Positions 49,036 to 61,720 of a stretch of DNA of 64,000 nt are shown here, one piece after another. The notes below the pieces were generated by a model. That model ran no database searches and had not been told where the DNA came from. It saw only the letters and a program-made list of their open reading frames with translations. Positions within the stretch are counted from its first letter, which is position 1. Every line of letters starts with the position of its first letter. The position numbers and the translations under genes are program-made. Source of the DNA: Felis catus (lineage: Eukaryota). The stretch covers positions 171,618,001-171,682,000 of the forward strand of contig NC_058368.1 in assembly GCF_018350175.1 (NCBI RefSeq). The letters run 5' to 3'.

Positions 49036-49383
49036 AAAACTGTGTGGTTTCTTTCTATCCCACTCCATGGTCACAGCCCAGCTCTCATCACCTCACCACT
49101 ATTGCTTTCCCAGACCCCAGGTTCCTCTCACTGCAATCCAGCCTGCAGTGGTAGTTACCTGCCAGCTTACCTCTAAAATCCCGCCAGGACTCTCCCCCAT
49201 TTTGACTTATCACACAGCAGGTCTTGACTCCCCTTCACTGGTTTTCAGGTTCTTCCCTTATCAAATAACACCAAACGGATGCAACGCGATTTTCCCCTTT
49301 GCCTCCAGAGTCAGCCAGCCGCCTCATCATCTCAGCTGTTCCACTGGGCAACTCCTCCCTTTCTGTATATCTAAAGCCCACTT

Positions 49384-49608
49384 GGGGCGCCTGGGTGGCT
49401 CAGTCGGTTAAGCGTCCGACTTCAGCTCAGGTCACGATATCGTGGTCCGTGAGTTCGAGCCCCGCGTCGGGCTCTGGGATGATGGCTCAGAGCCTGGAGC
49501 CTGCTTCCGATTCTGTGTCTCCCTCTCTCTCTGCCCCTCCCCCGTTCATGCTCTGTCTCTCTCTCTGTCTCAAAAATAAATAAACGTTAAAAAAAAATTA
49601 AAAAAAAT
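49384..49608 (+). mobile_element. Can-SINE, young felid type
   Basis: CpG-intact; TSD aaagcccactt. Confidence 0.98.
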
Positions 49609-49847
49609 AAAGCCCACTTATCCTTGAAAGTAAAATTCAAAATTCAAGACACACTTCTTCATGAGACCTTCATGCTCCACACTGCAATATCTCACCTCCA
49701 GGCCTTGTCTACATTTAACTATTCTCTTATAATTTTACATATGTTCGTTTTGTATCCCACACAACTAGCTGGAAAGGAAAGTTATTAACCTTTACTGGAT
49801 GTCACTGGCTGTCAGACATTTCATGAGATATAAAACATCTGGGTACA

Positions 49848-50036
49848 GGGGCGCCTGGGTGGCTCAGTCAGTTAAGCGTCCAACTCTTGATTTCAGCTCA
49901 GGTCATGATCTCAAGGTTTGTGAGATCGTGCCCCACATTGGGCTCCGCATTGACAGCCCAGGGCCTACTTGAAATCCTCTCTCTCCTCCCTCTCTGTCCC
50001 TCCCCCACCCTGCTCAAAATGAATAAACAAATTTTA
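49848..50036 (+). mobile_element. Can-SINE
   Basis: TSD aaaacatctgggtaca / aaaacatctggtaca. Confidence 0.95.
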
Positions 50037-50180
50037 AAAACATCTGGTACATAGTAAATACTGTTAAAACTTTCATTCAATTACTGACTCACATTTTTTT
50101 ATGGACAACCTTTAACTGTGTATGGTCTTAATGAAGCAGTCTTAAAGAAGAAAATAATAAAATCCAGAAAAAAAGGGAAA

Positions 50181-50395
50181 TTTTTAAAAATTATTTTTTA
50201 AGTTTATTTATTTTGAGAGAGAGCACATACGTGAGTGGGGAAGCGGCAGAGAGAAAGGGAGACAAAGAATCCTAAGCAGGCTCCACCCCATCAGTACAGA
50301 GCCTAATTCGGGGCTCAATCTCATGAACCCTGAGATCATGACCTGAGCCTAAACCAAGAGTCAGATGCTTAACCAACTGAGCCACCCAGGCGCCC
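50181..50395 (-). mobile_element. Can-SINE
   Basis: ...gagccacccaggcgccc head. Confidence 0.95.
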
Positions 50396-50869
50396 AAAGA
50401 GTAATTAAAAAAATTAAATGCTCATGAGTCCAAGAAAGAACTGCTTCCATCTCCTTTCCCTACTAAATCAATCATCCAAGTTGTTGAAAAAAAGAAATGT
50501 AATTGATTTTCCCGAGCCCTGTCCACTTTAGGAGGGGAACTGGAAAAGCAACAGTAATCTGTGAAGCCTGAGTAATGAAGAGTTAATTGTTGCTCCGGAC
50601 TAGATACACCACAGACATGACCTACAGGCTTGAAAACCAGCACCTGTCACCACAGCCACATCAGACACAACCCACCAGTCTTTCAGAGCTAGAAGGAAAC
50701 TCAAAGATTTATCCTCATGTTCAAATGCATGTATCAAACATGCATTTAACATACTCATTACCCAGGATCTGCAGGATCCTTTCCTATCTCTTACTCAGTT
50801 AAGAACTAGCAGTTTCTGCATAAGAGGAAACTATTTCTCAGACAAGGGGGTCTCATTACTTTTGAAGAT

Positions 50870-51090
50870 TTTTAAAATTTTTTTTACCATTTATTTATTT
50901 TGGAGAGGCAGAGAGAGACAGAATGTGAACAGGGGAGGGACAGAAAGAGAGAGAGACACAGAATCTGAAGCAGGCTCCAGGCTCTGAGTTGTCATCACAG
51001 AGCCCGACACGGGGCTTGAGCCCACAAACCGTGAGATTTTGACCTGAGCCAAAGTCGGACATTTAACTGACTGAGCCACCCAGGTGCCCC
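50870..51090 (-). mobile_element. Can-SINE
   Basis: TSD tgaaga(a)ttttt. Confidence 0.95.
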
Positions 51091-52974
51091 TGAAGAATTT
51101 TTTTTAAATGTTATCTCCGCATGCACTGACACAACCAGAAATAACCAGATGCATGTATAGCAAATGTGCATGTAGTTTGTATATGCTATATTCTCAGCCC
51201 AAAAGTTTTAAGGGGGAGTGTAAAATGTATCAGTAAGCATTATAAAAAATCATAGATGTTTCCAAATATTTGGATTCTCACTGGCTCTTACTCCCTTTTC
51301 TGCCTGCACTAGGAATCGAACACAAGAAATACAGCCAAACTGACCCAAATAGTGTCAATGAATCTTCGATAGAGAAAAGACTAACCAAAATGAGAGCCAA
51401 GCTTTTTGACAAATACATGCAACAAGACTCAAAATACGCCAGTCAGCTTAAGCTATCTTAGCTCATCATCATTTTTGGTGGAACATGCTTAGAAAACTAA
51501 CAACTCAGCATGTCTAATAAGCCACGGATTCCACTCACAGCAGCAGCATTTATTACACATGTGGGGAAATGGTCATTTTGTTGTCACTTTGTGACCCCAA
51601 ACTCAGGCAGAAAGCACAAAATTATCTAACCATTTGAGGACAGAGGCAGAAATTTGTCCTCTGGTAAATACCTTTGTATATTTGTAAAGCCAAATAAAGG
51701 ATGCCTGCTTTCTGCTTTGTGCTGAAAACCACAGCACTCTTTGTTGGGAACATGGCTTTGGTCAACTCAGGAGTGACAGTGACAAGGGGAAAAGCACATG
51801 GCAGACCCAGGAAACTGTAAGCAATTCAGCACAGAAAATCACCACCCTTCCCCTAGGGGGAAAAGTCCTTATGTCTCTTTCAACTTGTCAACGACACCAG
51901 ATGGGAAGCAGTTTAAAACATGTATGAATTTACAATGAAAATTTTCAGAAAAATAATTTGTTGAGTAAAGCAAGGTACACCTTATTGAATATGCACACCA
52001 GTTTTCAGTTGCCCTGATCTTCATACTTAAAAAAATATATATTGTCTCAGGACATAAATACTGTTCATCATTTGAAAACAATATTTAAAAGGAAGATAAG
52101 CGGCTTCCTAAAGCAGTTAGTCATATATTTATTCTTCAACACAACTGACCCAAATATTAAAATGGTACTTAAATGTTAGGTCACTTATCTTTTTCCTGCT
52201 GGTGGGCATATATGTGCACATATTCACACACATGGTTCAGCATTTTCAAGCAGGAGAGAAACTCAAGATTTTTAACCTGAAAGCATACAAGGTGCCCAAG
52301 TTTTTTCACCCCAATTCACAGGACCTAAGGGGACTCATCTGCTGTCAGCCTAGGGTCTAGTTTCCTTTATAGTCATTCTTTGGGAGTCCCCATCATGCCC
52401 GTGTCAATACTGACGTTTCCATGACATTGTCACAGCCTTCTCTACCCGGGTGTCTATAATAGCTTAAAGCAGTCTAAGGAAAAGTTCTTCAAGGTTTATG
52501 GGACAAAAGATTCTAGAAAATAATGATTTATTTAAGTTCTCATGATCCTCAAAATAAGGCTATTAAGATCCTTACAAAGACTAAATTGTAATAAGCTCAA
52601 TTGTCATCATCACTGAAATTCACACACACAAAAAAAACCCTGCAAGCTTCAGTTTTGACTCGTAATTTTAGTCCTACAAAGAATTTTAATGAGTAAATCC
52701 TGCCAGATTTCCAAACCGAAGCCTCATGTGTTTGAAACACATCTTCATCAAGTGATCAAGATTATCTAAATTGAATTTAACTCTTTATGCTTGGGTAGGC
52801 AAACTGACTACTACATTACCATTAATGCAAAGGGATTTATTTTCAGCTACGACCTTCAGAAGTCTGAAAAGCTGCACATGAAGATCAACCTCAAAAAAAG
52901 AGAGGGGGTGGGGAGGAAGCTGGTAGTTGGTTTCAAAGTGATCTCTGTCCAACACAATAAATCAGTTTTCTAGT

Positions 52975-53075
52975 CAGCAAATGCAAATACAAACAATAAA
53001 AAGCCTTTTCAGGGAAACTGTAATTTGACTCATTGTTTAGAACTGTCTAAAGACACTCTGAGTCATCATTTCACT
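52975..53075. promoter_or_regulatory. Enhancer-like motif cluster
   Basis: Octamer ATGCAAAT (52981-52988), AAACAAT (Sox/Fox-like), two AP-1 sites TGACTCA (53027-53033) and TGAGTCA (53059-53065), in non-repetitive DNA. Confidence 0.4.
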
Positions 53076-53116
53076 TCTTTTTAATCTCCCATTAGGATTA
53101 GCACTATATGGCTACG

Positions 53117-53540
53117 TAATAATAACAGCTAATATTTATTTGGTATTTCTCATGTTATCATATGCTAGGCACTACTCTAAGCCCTTACATGGATTATTTC
53201 ACTCAAACCTCATAGCTGTCTATGAAGTGGGTAGTATTATCATCTTCACTTCACTGATGATGAAACCAAGGCACAGAATTAAATAATTTGCCAAAGTCCA
53301 CTAGTTAGTAAATTGACACTCCATAACACTTCAGCATTTTGCAGTTTTTTCAGCCATTATCCTCTTTGAACCTCACAATGCTTGTGATACTGATGGGATA
53401 ACATAGCATCACTTCAATTTTACAAATGAAAAACTAGGGCTCCAAAACATGGACTTTTCCAAACTAAAAATGAAAGAGCTGGAACAGGAATCTAGGTTTT
53501 CTGAGTCTGTATTCTTTCCTTCTCCTACTACACAAGCTGC
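53117..53540 (-). mobile_element. Two adjacent MIRs
   Basis: 'taataataacagctaatatttatt...gatgaaaccaaggcacaga' and 'ttttacaaatgaaaaactagggctc'. Confidence 0.8.
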
Positions 53541-53620
53541 CTTTTTTTATTGTAGATATTCAATAAAAATATTTTCATCAAGCACTGATCACTTTTCAAA
53601 GTTAAAATTCTAGATTTCTC

Positions 53621-53828
53621 GGGGTGCCTGGGTGGCTCAGTCAGTTGAGCGTCCGACTTCGGCCCAGGTCATGATCTCACGGTCTGTGGGTTCGGGCCCC
53701 GCGTCGGGCTCTGGGCTGATGGCTCAGAGCCTGGAGCCTGCTTCCAATTCTGTGTCTCCCTCTCTCTCTGACCCTCCCCCGTTCATGCTCTGTTTCTGTC
53801 TCAAAAGTAAAATAAACGTTAAAAAAAA
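53621..53828 (+). mobile_element. Can-SINE, young felid type
   Basis: Long TSD ttaaaattctagatttctc on both sides. Confidence 0.97.
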
Positions 53829-54159
53829 TTAAAATTCTAGATTTCTCAAAGCATAATTCTAGCTCCAGATGGTTCTCGTGATATCTAATTCACCCTTTTA
53901 TCTCCAGCATCAAGTACAGTGCCTAGCATGCAGTAGACTGAGTCTGAGTATTCTCAGATACCCTTCTTCCTCCACCAAATTTATTCCTCTATGTTCATGC
54001 TAACTTGCCACCCTAAACTGGCTTCAGAAGCACAGTCTATCCCCACAAGTCATCACTTTGAGGAGACCAAAGTCTACAAAGAAGTTCACAATCTCTTTTC
54101 CACAATCCAAAACCCAAAAAGCTATGAAAACTCTGTATTTTAAGTTTGATGCTAAAACC

Positions 54160-54620
54160 CATTGGATAACCTTCAAGAAGGCTCCCAGCGACCCCTGCCT
54201 CACCATATTCACACCAAAGTTGATTGGTGTGACCAACAGAGTATTGCAAAAGTAGGAGGATGTTAAAAAGACTGTGGCTTCTATCCTGGGCTTTCTGTCT
54301 CTCTAGGATCACTCGCTCTGAAGGGAAGCCAGCCGCCATGCTGCAAGAACACTCAGGAGCCAACGAAGAGGCCCTTGTGGTGAGGAACTGAGGCTTGCCA
54401 ACATGCACGTGAGTAAGCCTGGAACAGCTCCACCATCCCAAGATGACTGAGGCCTCACTTACAATTTGCGTACAACCTCATGAGAGACCCTGAACCTGAA
54501 TCATCTGGCTAAGCCGCTCCTGGATGCCAGATTCACAGAGTCAGTAGGTGATAAATGTTTGTTCCTTAAGCTGCTAACTTTTGGATGTAACATGCCACAC
54601 AGCAATAGGTAACTAACACA
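54160..54620 (+). mobile_element. MaLR LTR (MLT1F-like)
   Basis: 'ggatcactcgctctgaagggaagccagccgccatg...gtggtgaggaactgagg...cagcaataggtaactaacaca'. Confidence 0.85.
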
Positions 54621-54624
54621 GGGA

Positions 54625-54898
54625 CAAAATCTGTTATACGCTGGCATAAGGCTACTTACAGTCTCTATTTATATACCCCTCCCCCCCCCACACACACACA
54701 TCCACTTATCGTGAATATCCAGAAGATGAGCTGCACAAATGTTAATGTGCTTGTTTTATGAGGTGCCACCCCAGACCTGCCAGGGATGATACAAAATACA
54801 TGGTATATACACCATATCACCTAGCTGGAATCTGAAAATTTTCAAATCTTGACACACCCCTGGCCCCAAAGGTTTCAGGTAAGGTACTGTGAACTTGT
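54625..54898 (-). mobile_element. MER46C-like fragment
   Basis: 'ggtgccaccccagacc...cctggccccaaaggtttcaggtaaggtactgtgaacttg'. Confidence 0.7.
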
Positions 54899-56935
54899 AT
54901 TCACTTTTTTTAAAACCCCTTTTTTTATTAACCCCACCTTGGCATATTAGAAATATGATTTTTTATAAGAATTTCTTTACCTCTTAGAATCTCCACCACA
55001 TAACTCAATACTTGGTTACAAATTCTTTTCTTGGGTCTGTTGTTTTATAAGTTAACGTTTGTCTTTCCACCTAAAAGCTAAACTTCTTACAGGGAAGAGT
55101 CCTCCCTCTGTTTTATCATCCCCGCCAGAAATCCTGGATGCTAATGGGCACACAACAAGCTCTGAATGAATTCTTGTAGAATTGAGTTCACAAAGCCATA
55201 CCGACAATTCCAGACACATGGTATTAGTCCAGACCCCACCTCCCCATACTCTCACACTCAAAAACTATTTATCTTTAAATAACTGTCCCAGAACATGATG
55301 TAAAAACAGTGTCTGAAAGAAAAAAAAAAAAACTGGCTCTCTGTGGAATTCTGGAAAATTTGCACATCCTCCAAGTGCCCTTGTAAACAGCTGCAGATGC
55401 ATGAAATAATCGTTATCAAGGGAAAAGATCTATTAGCCTCCTGATGATTGGCCCATCTGAAACCTTTCAACGAAAGAGCAATTTTACCTTTCTGCTCTCC
55501 TCCCTTGCACCCGCCCTCAGGCAGTAAAGAAGGGTCACTAATCAGTTTTTAATTTTCCTTCCTAAGGAGATATTCAGAACGGAGCTGTAAGAACTCAGGG
55601 CAAAGCTTTACAAAATAAAGACCAAGGAAGAACTATAGACCTTTTAGATAAATAAGCATTTTTTAAGCCAAAATAATTAAAATGCAATGTAGTAAGTGTC
55701 GCTCTGAAAAGAAATTCCATGTAAGCAAACTCTTTTCTAAACTGGAAAAAAAAAAAAAAAAAAGATTCCTTGAGACAAAAGGGTCTCTCCTTCTTATAAT
55801 CTACCTGAAAAGAGAGCCACAAATCCACATGCCAAGACTGCAGAAGGAAATCAGGCCAGACTGTACGCCTATAAAGATTTAAAGAGAAGGAGAGAGGGAA
55901 GAGGGAGGGCTTGGGAACATGGGAGGGGATGGGATTGGCAGTAAACCTAAGTGATTTTCAATCAGTTCTGACCTCTTCCTTTATAATCAGCTCCCAGCCC
56001 TTCCCTCCTTGCATGCGGCAAAGGAATGAGGGGCGGGTAAGCACCGAGAAAATGACCAGATGGGAAACCAAGAGACAGGGTTCTAGGACCCTATGTTGGG
56101 CTCTGGCAAATCGCCCCTCATTGGTCCTCTGTTCCCTCGCCTGTAGAATCAGAAGACTGGGTGGAACAATTCCGAACGTCCATGCCAGCCCTCTCTATTC
56201 TAAGTGAAATCCGGTCTGCTATAATTCACGCCATCTCTTACACATTCTCCCCCTGGTGTCTGCTGTGTTTTCTGGCAGCATCTTGGGGCTGCATGAAGTG
56301 AGGCCACGTGACCACACACAGGTTAGGTGCAGAGAATCAGACGGCTGAACTGTTGGGCAAAAGAATGAGTGGCTGGCAGGAAAAAACAATGACAGGTAGA
56401 AACGGGTTTGTGTGAAAAATTTGTCCTGCTATGGCATTACCTAGATTCTAGACACTTGAGGTGTTCTTCGCTAAGGAACTGCCTATCGCCAGCTTATCTG
56501 TTGGGATGTTTCAACTGTTTCAATACTACCAACTTTCAAAGTGTGCAATCCAGACACAACTGTAAAGCGTACCCGATGCCAGTTTCAATACCACTAAGAT
56601 TTGCTACAATTGTCCTTAGTCATGGGGGATGTTAGTCTAATTCCATAAAGCCATAGTTGCTTCCTAGGCTTGAACCTGCACTCCTGCTAGGAATCCTAGA
56701 AGTTCAGGGTCAAAAGGACGTCACAAGGGTGAGGAGAGGGTATGTGTGTTCAGAAGTAGTCTTGAAACCATCTACATCATTTTCCTAGAAGGAAAACCTT
56801 GCACAGAACACTGCTCAGGGCAAATCTCTAGCAATCTCTTGGTATGTTTCAAGGTAACAGATAAAATCCACACACCTATTTAAATATTAGCTCATCTAAC
56901 ATGCTACACCTTCACCTATCAAAACTAACAAAATT

Positions 56936-57130
56936 GGGGCACCTGGGTGGTTCAGTCAGTTAAGCTGCTGACTCTTGATTTCAGCTCATGATCCCATGGT
57001 TCGTGAGTTTGAGCCTCACATCAGACTCTTCATTGACAGCGTAGAGCCTACTCGGGATTCTCTCTCTGCCTCTCCCCAGCACCACTCACGTGTGCACTCA
57101 CTTTTTCTCCCTCAAAATAAATAAACTTGA
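56936..57130 (+). mobile_element. Can-SINE
   Basis: TSD aaaactaacaaaatt / aaaactaatataatt. Confidence 0.94.
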
Positions 57131-57511
57131 AAAACTAATATAATTATTCATAAAACATGCAAATACCCTTTTTCTAGTCCTCTATCAAGTGGTTTACAGA
57201 AAGAGTATATAAGAATCAAAGGCAAATCCTTTATACACAATGTAAATAGCAACAGTCAAAGGATGCACAGAACAGTTTTTGGAAATCTAAATATTCAACC
57301 AAGGTTTCAAGTTATAAAAGCAGTAGCTGCAACTTCACTAAAACAATCCTTCTATCAGCCCTTCAAATATGACAAATATTTACTGAGCACCACCATGTGC
57401 CTGACACCCTTCCAGATTCTTGAGGATTTTATAGTGGATAAAACAGACAATGTTTTACAGCCCACAGGAAGTTTACAGGATATTTTTTCAAAAGTATTAC
57501 ATATCAAATTT

Positions 57512-58232
57512 CTTTTGAAGGGAGTTCGCTGTGTCTCTTGGACTTAGATGCTGCTTCCTTCCCCAGATTAGGAAAGTTCTCAGCTATAATTTGTTCAAAT
57601 AAACCTTCTGTCCCTTTCTCTCACTCTTCTGGAACTCCTATGATACGGGTATTATTTTGTTTCATGGAATCACTTAGCTCTCTAATTCTCCCTTCATGGT
57701 CTAATTTCCTGTCCCTCTTTTTTTCAGCTTCATAATTTTCCATAATTTTATCTTCTATCTCACCTATTCTCTCCTCTGCTTCTTCCATCCTCACGGCCAC
57801 TGTAGCTAGTTTATTTTGCATCTCATTTAGAGCATTTCTTATTTCATCATGACTATTTCTTAGGTCTTTGATCTCTGCAGCAATAGATTCTTTGCTGTCT
57901 TTTATGCTTTCCTCAAGCCCACTATTAGTCTTGTGATTGTTATTCTAAATTCTTGTTTGGATATATTGTTTATATCTGTTTTGAGCAATTATCTGGCTGT
58001 CATTTCTTCCTGGATTTTCTTTTGAGGAGAATTCTTCCATTTCATCATTTTGGCTAGGTTTCTGTCTTTCACGTGTTTTAATAGCTTGTTACATGTCCTG
58101 CACCTTCGAGTACTACTATATTAAAAAGGGGTCAGAGACTGTCCAGGGTCTGGAACTTCAGGAAGCGTTTTTGAAGTGTGTTGTGTGCTCTTTGTTGTTG
58201 CATTTCCACTACTCTATCCCACTGGTCGGTCC
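57512..58232 (-). mobile_element. Carnivore L1 fragment: end of 5' UTR plus N-terminal half of ORF1; no 3' end or poly(A)
   Basis: ORF 57621-57821 'MEEAEERIGEIEDKIMENYEAEKKR...IRELSDSMKQNNTRIIGVPEE' is the L1 ORF1p coiled coil and RRM start; TSD tcaaattt (57504-57511 / 58233-58240). Confidence 0.93.
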
Positions 58233-58309
58233 TCAAATTTGCTTTAACCTGGAGTGTTTCTTTGATAAATGACAAGCACCTACCTTACCAAGGAACTAAT
58301 AAAAGATGC

Positions 58310-59602
58310 ATAAAAATAGGCATGTAAATCAATGGAACAGAATTGACAGTCCAGAAATTAATCTCCACGTTTATTGTCAATTGATTTTTTGGTAATAGTA
58401 CCAAGACAATTCAGTAAGAAAAAATAATCTTTCCAAAAACAAGCTAGGACAACTGGATACCCACAGATCTATCTATATCTATGAATCATGGACCTAAATG
58501 TAAGAACAAGGCTATAAAACCCTTAGCAGAAAACATAGGAGTAAATCTTCATGACCTTGTGTTAGGTGACAATTTCTCAGATATGACTCCAAAAGCACAA
58601 GGAACAAAAGAAAAAATAAACTGGGCTCCATCAAAATTAAAACTTCTTGTACATGAAAGGACACTGTGAAGAAAGCAAAACAAAAACCCACAGAATGAGA
58701 GAAAACATTTCTAAATTAAATATCTGATAAGAGACTTGTATAAAGGACATATACAACCCTTAAAAAAAAAAACTTTTATACTCAATGTTAAAAAGACAAC
58801 CCAATTTCAAAATTTGGCAAAGAATAAACATCTCTCCAAAGAAGATATACAAATGGTCAATAAGCACATTAAAAGATGCCCAACTTCATTATTTATCAGG
58901 AAAATACAAATCAAAACCACAATGAGATAACACTTTACACACAACAGGATAGTTACAGTCAAAAATACATATTATAACAAGTGTTGGTGAGAATGTGGAG
59001 AAATTGGGAACCTTACACGTTGGTAGGAATGTAAAATGACACAACCATTATGGAAAACAGTTTGGCAGTTCCTCACAAATGTTACACCCATCAATTCCTA
59101 GGTATACATCCGAGAGAAATTAAAACCTATGTCCACATAAAAACTTGAACATGAATCTTCTCAGCAACATTATTATACTAGCCAAAGTCCATCAACTATT
59201 GGATGGATAAATAAAGCATATCCATACAGTAGAATATTATTCAGCAATAAAATGACATGAAATACTGATACATTAGGAATGAACCTTGAAAGCATTATGC
59301 AAAGTGAAGGAGCCAGTCACAAAAGACAACATACTACATGAACCCATTTCTATGAAATGTCCAGAGTGTGAAAATCTATATAGACAGAAAGATTAGTGGT
59401 TGCCTAGCTAGGGGGGTGTGGGTGGGAAGGTTAGAAAGACATATGGAGTGGACTGCTACTAGGTATGAGGTTTCTTTCTGGAGTGATGAAATGTTCTAAA
59501 ATTGCGGTAATGGTTGCACAACTCTGTGGATATATGAATTGCACACTTTAAATAGATGAATTGTATAGTGTGTGGCTTATATCTTAAAACTGTTTTTAAA
59601 AA
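58310..59602 (+). mobile_element. L1 3' portion (L1MB-like)
   Basis: ORFs 'IKPLAENIGVNLHDLVLG', 'HLSKEDIQMVNKHIKRCPTSLFIRKIQIKTTMR'; 3' UTR 'ggtttctttctggagtgatgaaatgttctaaaatt'. Confidence 0.93.
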
Positions 59603-59844
59603 CTTAAATTAAGAAATTAAGCACTCAAGCAGGTGCACTATTTGTACCCAGGGAACCTGGGCAGTAAAGAGTAGAAAGATGCCTTTGCTTCCTCAGGTTC
59701 ATTCATTTATGTCAATCTAGAGGTATCTTTTCTTATTCAGATTAACTCGTGGATATCTACTACTCCTTAGGAACTGGGCTTGACTGGAGATATCCCATAA
59801 AAAAGACTTAGTCCTCTCCCTCAAGGCTTTCCATCTCTAATACA

Positions 59845-60050
59845 ACAGCTACCACTCATCTTAGCACGGAACTAAGGGTTATACATGCAGTATCTCAGGA
59901 TAAGGTGGAAGGCCTACCCTAATTTTCAGATGAGGAAGCAGACTCAGAGAGGGTAAATGACTGGCCAAGTTCATAGCTTGAACAAATGGGAGGGAGACCC
60001 GAAGCCACATCTACCTAGACAAAGCCCATGCTCTCTTCACCTTACTATAT
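59845..60050 (-). mobile_element. MIR
   Basis: 'ttttcagatgaggaagcagactcagagagggtaaatgactggccaag'. Confidence 0.75.
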
Positions 60051-60199
60051 TCCTCCCAGGGTGAGGTGGACAGGACAGCAGAGGAACTGCTGCAACGAAA
60101 TGCAGGCTTGATCAGGATCAGAAGAGGGCCTCTCCTGTGCTACACCAAGGAGAAGTCTTCAGAAAAGGTCACAGTTCATTGAGGGCTGGGACTTCAATC

Positions 60200-60630
60200 A
60201 AACAAGAGGAAGCTGGGTGGGGCTTTACAGGCTGAGAAAAAGACACAGGCAAGGGAGAATGTGGAGCATTCAGACTTGGAAGCATCTCAGTCTGGCTACA
60301 ATACAAAATAGGTATAAGGAAAAGGTGGGAGAAAGAACAGAGGGAGGTGAGTCCGATCACTAAAGGGCAGGAATGCCGCCCTGCGGCCACCATGAAGGAA
60401 TTTAAACCTGAGCTGTAGGGGTCGAGATGAGAAAGACCACCCTATAGGTAATCACAAGGAGTTAGTGCTAGAGACAAGGGCAGTGGTGAGAAGGCTACTG
60501 CAACTGTCCAGCTGACACCTGAGACAGGTCTAAACCACGGCAGGAGTAATGTGAGGAGGAGAAACAAATCCGGAAGATGTTCAGGAGTTGGGAATTCCAA
60601 CGCCTGGACGGATGTGGAAATTTAAGGAGA
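60200..60630 (-). mobile_element. L2 fragment
   Basis: 'gagaaggctactgcaactgtccag...ggtctaaaccacggcagg'. Confidence 0.55.
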
Positions 60631-60634
60631 GCAT

Positions 60635-61178
60635 GTGTGCCAGAATCCTGACCCAAGGGATCGAGTGAACACTGTCATGGCCAACAACACCCACAACTCC
60701 CTCCTTCCTTCCTGACTGGGCCTCTCCCCCACGAGGTCACTTGCCTCAGGGAAACTGATTCCACCCCTACCCAGCCCCATGGAGGACACGGCACTCCAAA
60801 GGTGATCCCGTTGCCATTATGGCTCAAGAATGACCACAAGACTCCTTCTGCTAAAAGGCACAAGGGGAAGTCTGCTGAGGGACTTCTGGAGGAAGGGTCT
60901 TCTCTCCTAAAAAATAGGCCATCTCTACTCCTATCTCACATACTGCCACGTACGATTATCACCTCCACAAACGTCTGCTACCCCCTGCTGATGACACCCT
61001 CCCAAGATGTCAGAGCACAGAAGAGATGGAGAGAAGCTGGGGCCTTGATGTCATCAACCCACCCTCAACTCCTATCCTTGTCCCCAGAGTCCCTGATAGG
61101 TGAGCAAACAAACTTCCTCATATTAAAGCTGTTTGCAGTTGGATCTCTGTAACTATAAACCAAAGCATTTTAACTGGT
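60635..61178 (+). mobile_element. Old MaLR LTR (MLT1J/K-like)
   Basis: 'gggaagtctgctgagggacttctgg...cagagcacagaagagatggagagaagctggggccttgatg...ctgtaactataaaccaaagcattttaactg'. Confidence 0.7.
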
Positions 61179-61557
61179 AAAGACCAAGTGTGGTCTCATT
61201 CATCAAACTAGGCAGCACAGAAGGAGCAGGACTAGAGGGAGCAGAGGGGTAGTGATGATGGGCTTAAGCATCTTGTGTGATACCGAGTGGGCAATCAGAA
61301 GTAAAATTCAGGTGAGAGGAAGGAAGTCTGGCCTAGGGGTACAGATGTAGAGTTTCAGCCTTCCAGTGGTAGCCGAGGCAATGTGAGGCGAAAGAGATCT
61401 GACAGATCACTTGTATATATGAATATCAACCACCCTATTCCCCAATTTCTAACACCCACCCACCCCCTCAGAGAGACAGCATCACTTTGGGCAGGAACAA
61501 GGGGTTAGATATCACAAACTGGAATTCACAAAGAAATTTATTAGCAAATAATAGTGC

Positions 61558-61720
61558 ATAATAATAACTATCATTTATTGAGCACCTTTTAATCCTATGT
61601 GCCTAAATTTTTTTCTCAAATTCTACAGTCATCCAGCAGCTATCATGCCCCCCAACTTACAGATGAGGAAGCAGAGCCTAGTTCCAGGGAAGAGTCAAGC
61701 AGAGCAGGGTTTGAACACGG
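61558..61720 (-). mobile_element. MIR
   Basis: 'aataactatcatttattgagcacct...ttacagatgaggaagcagag'. Confidence 0.7.

Noticed and set aside
55258..55765. Poly-T acceptors on minus at ~55312 and ~55741
   Set aside because: Simple A-runs mimic acceptors; there is no convincing downstream donor and no recognisable peptide.
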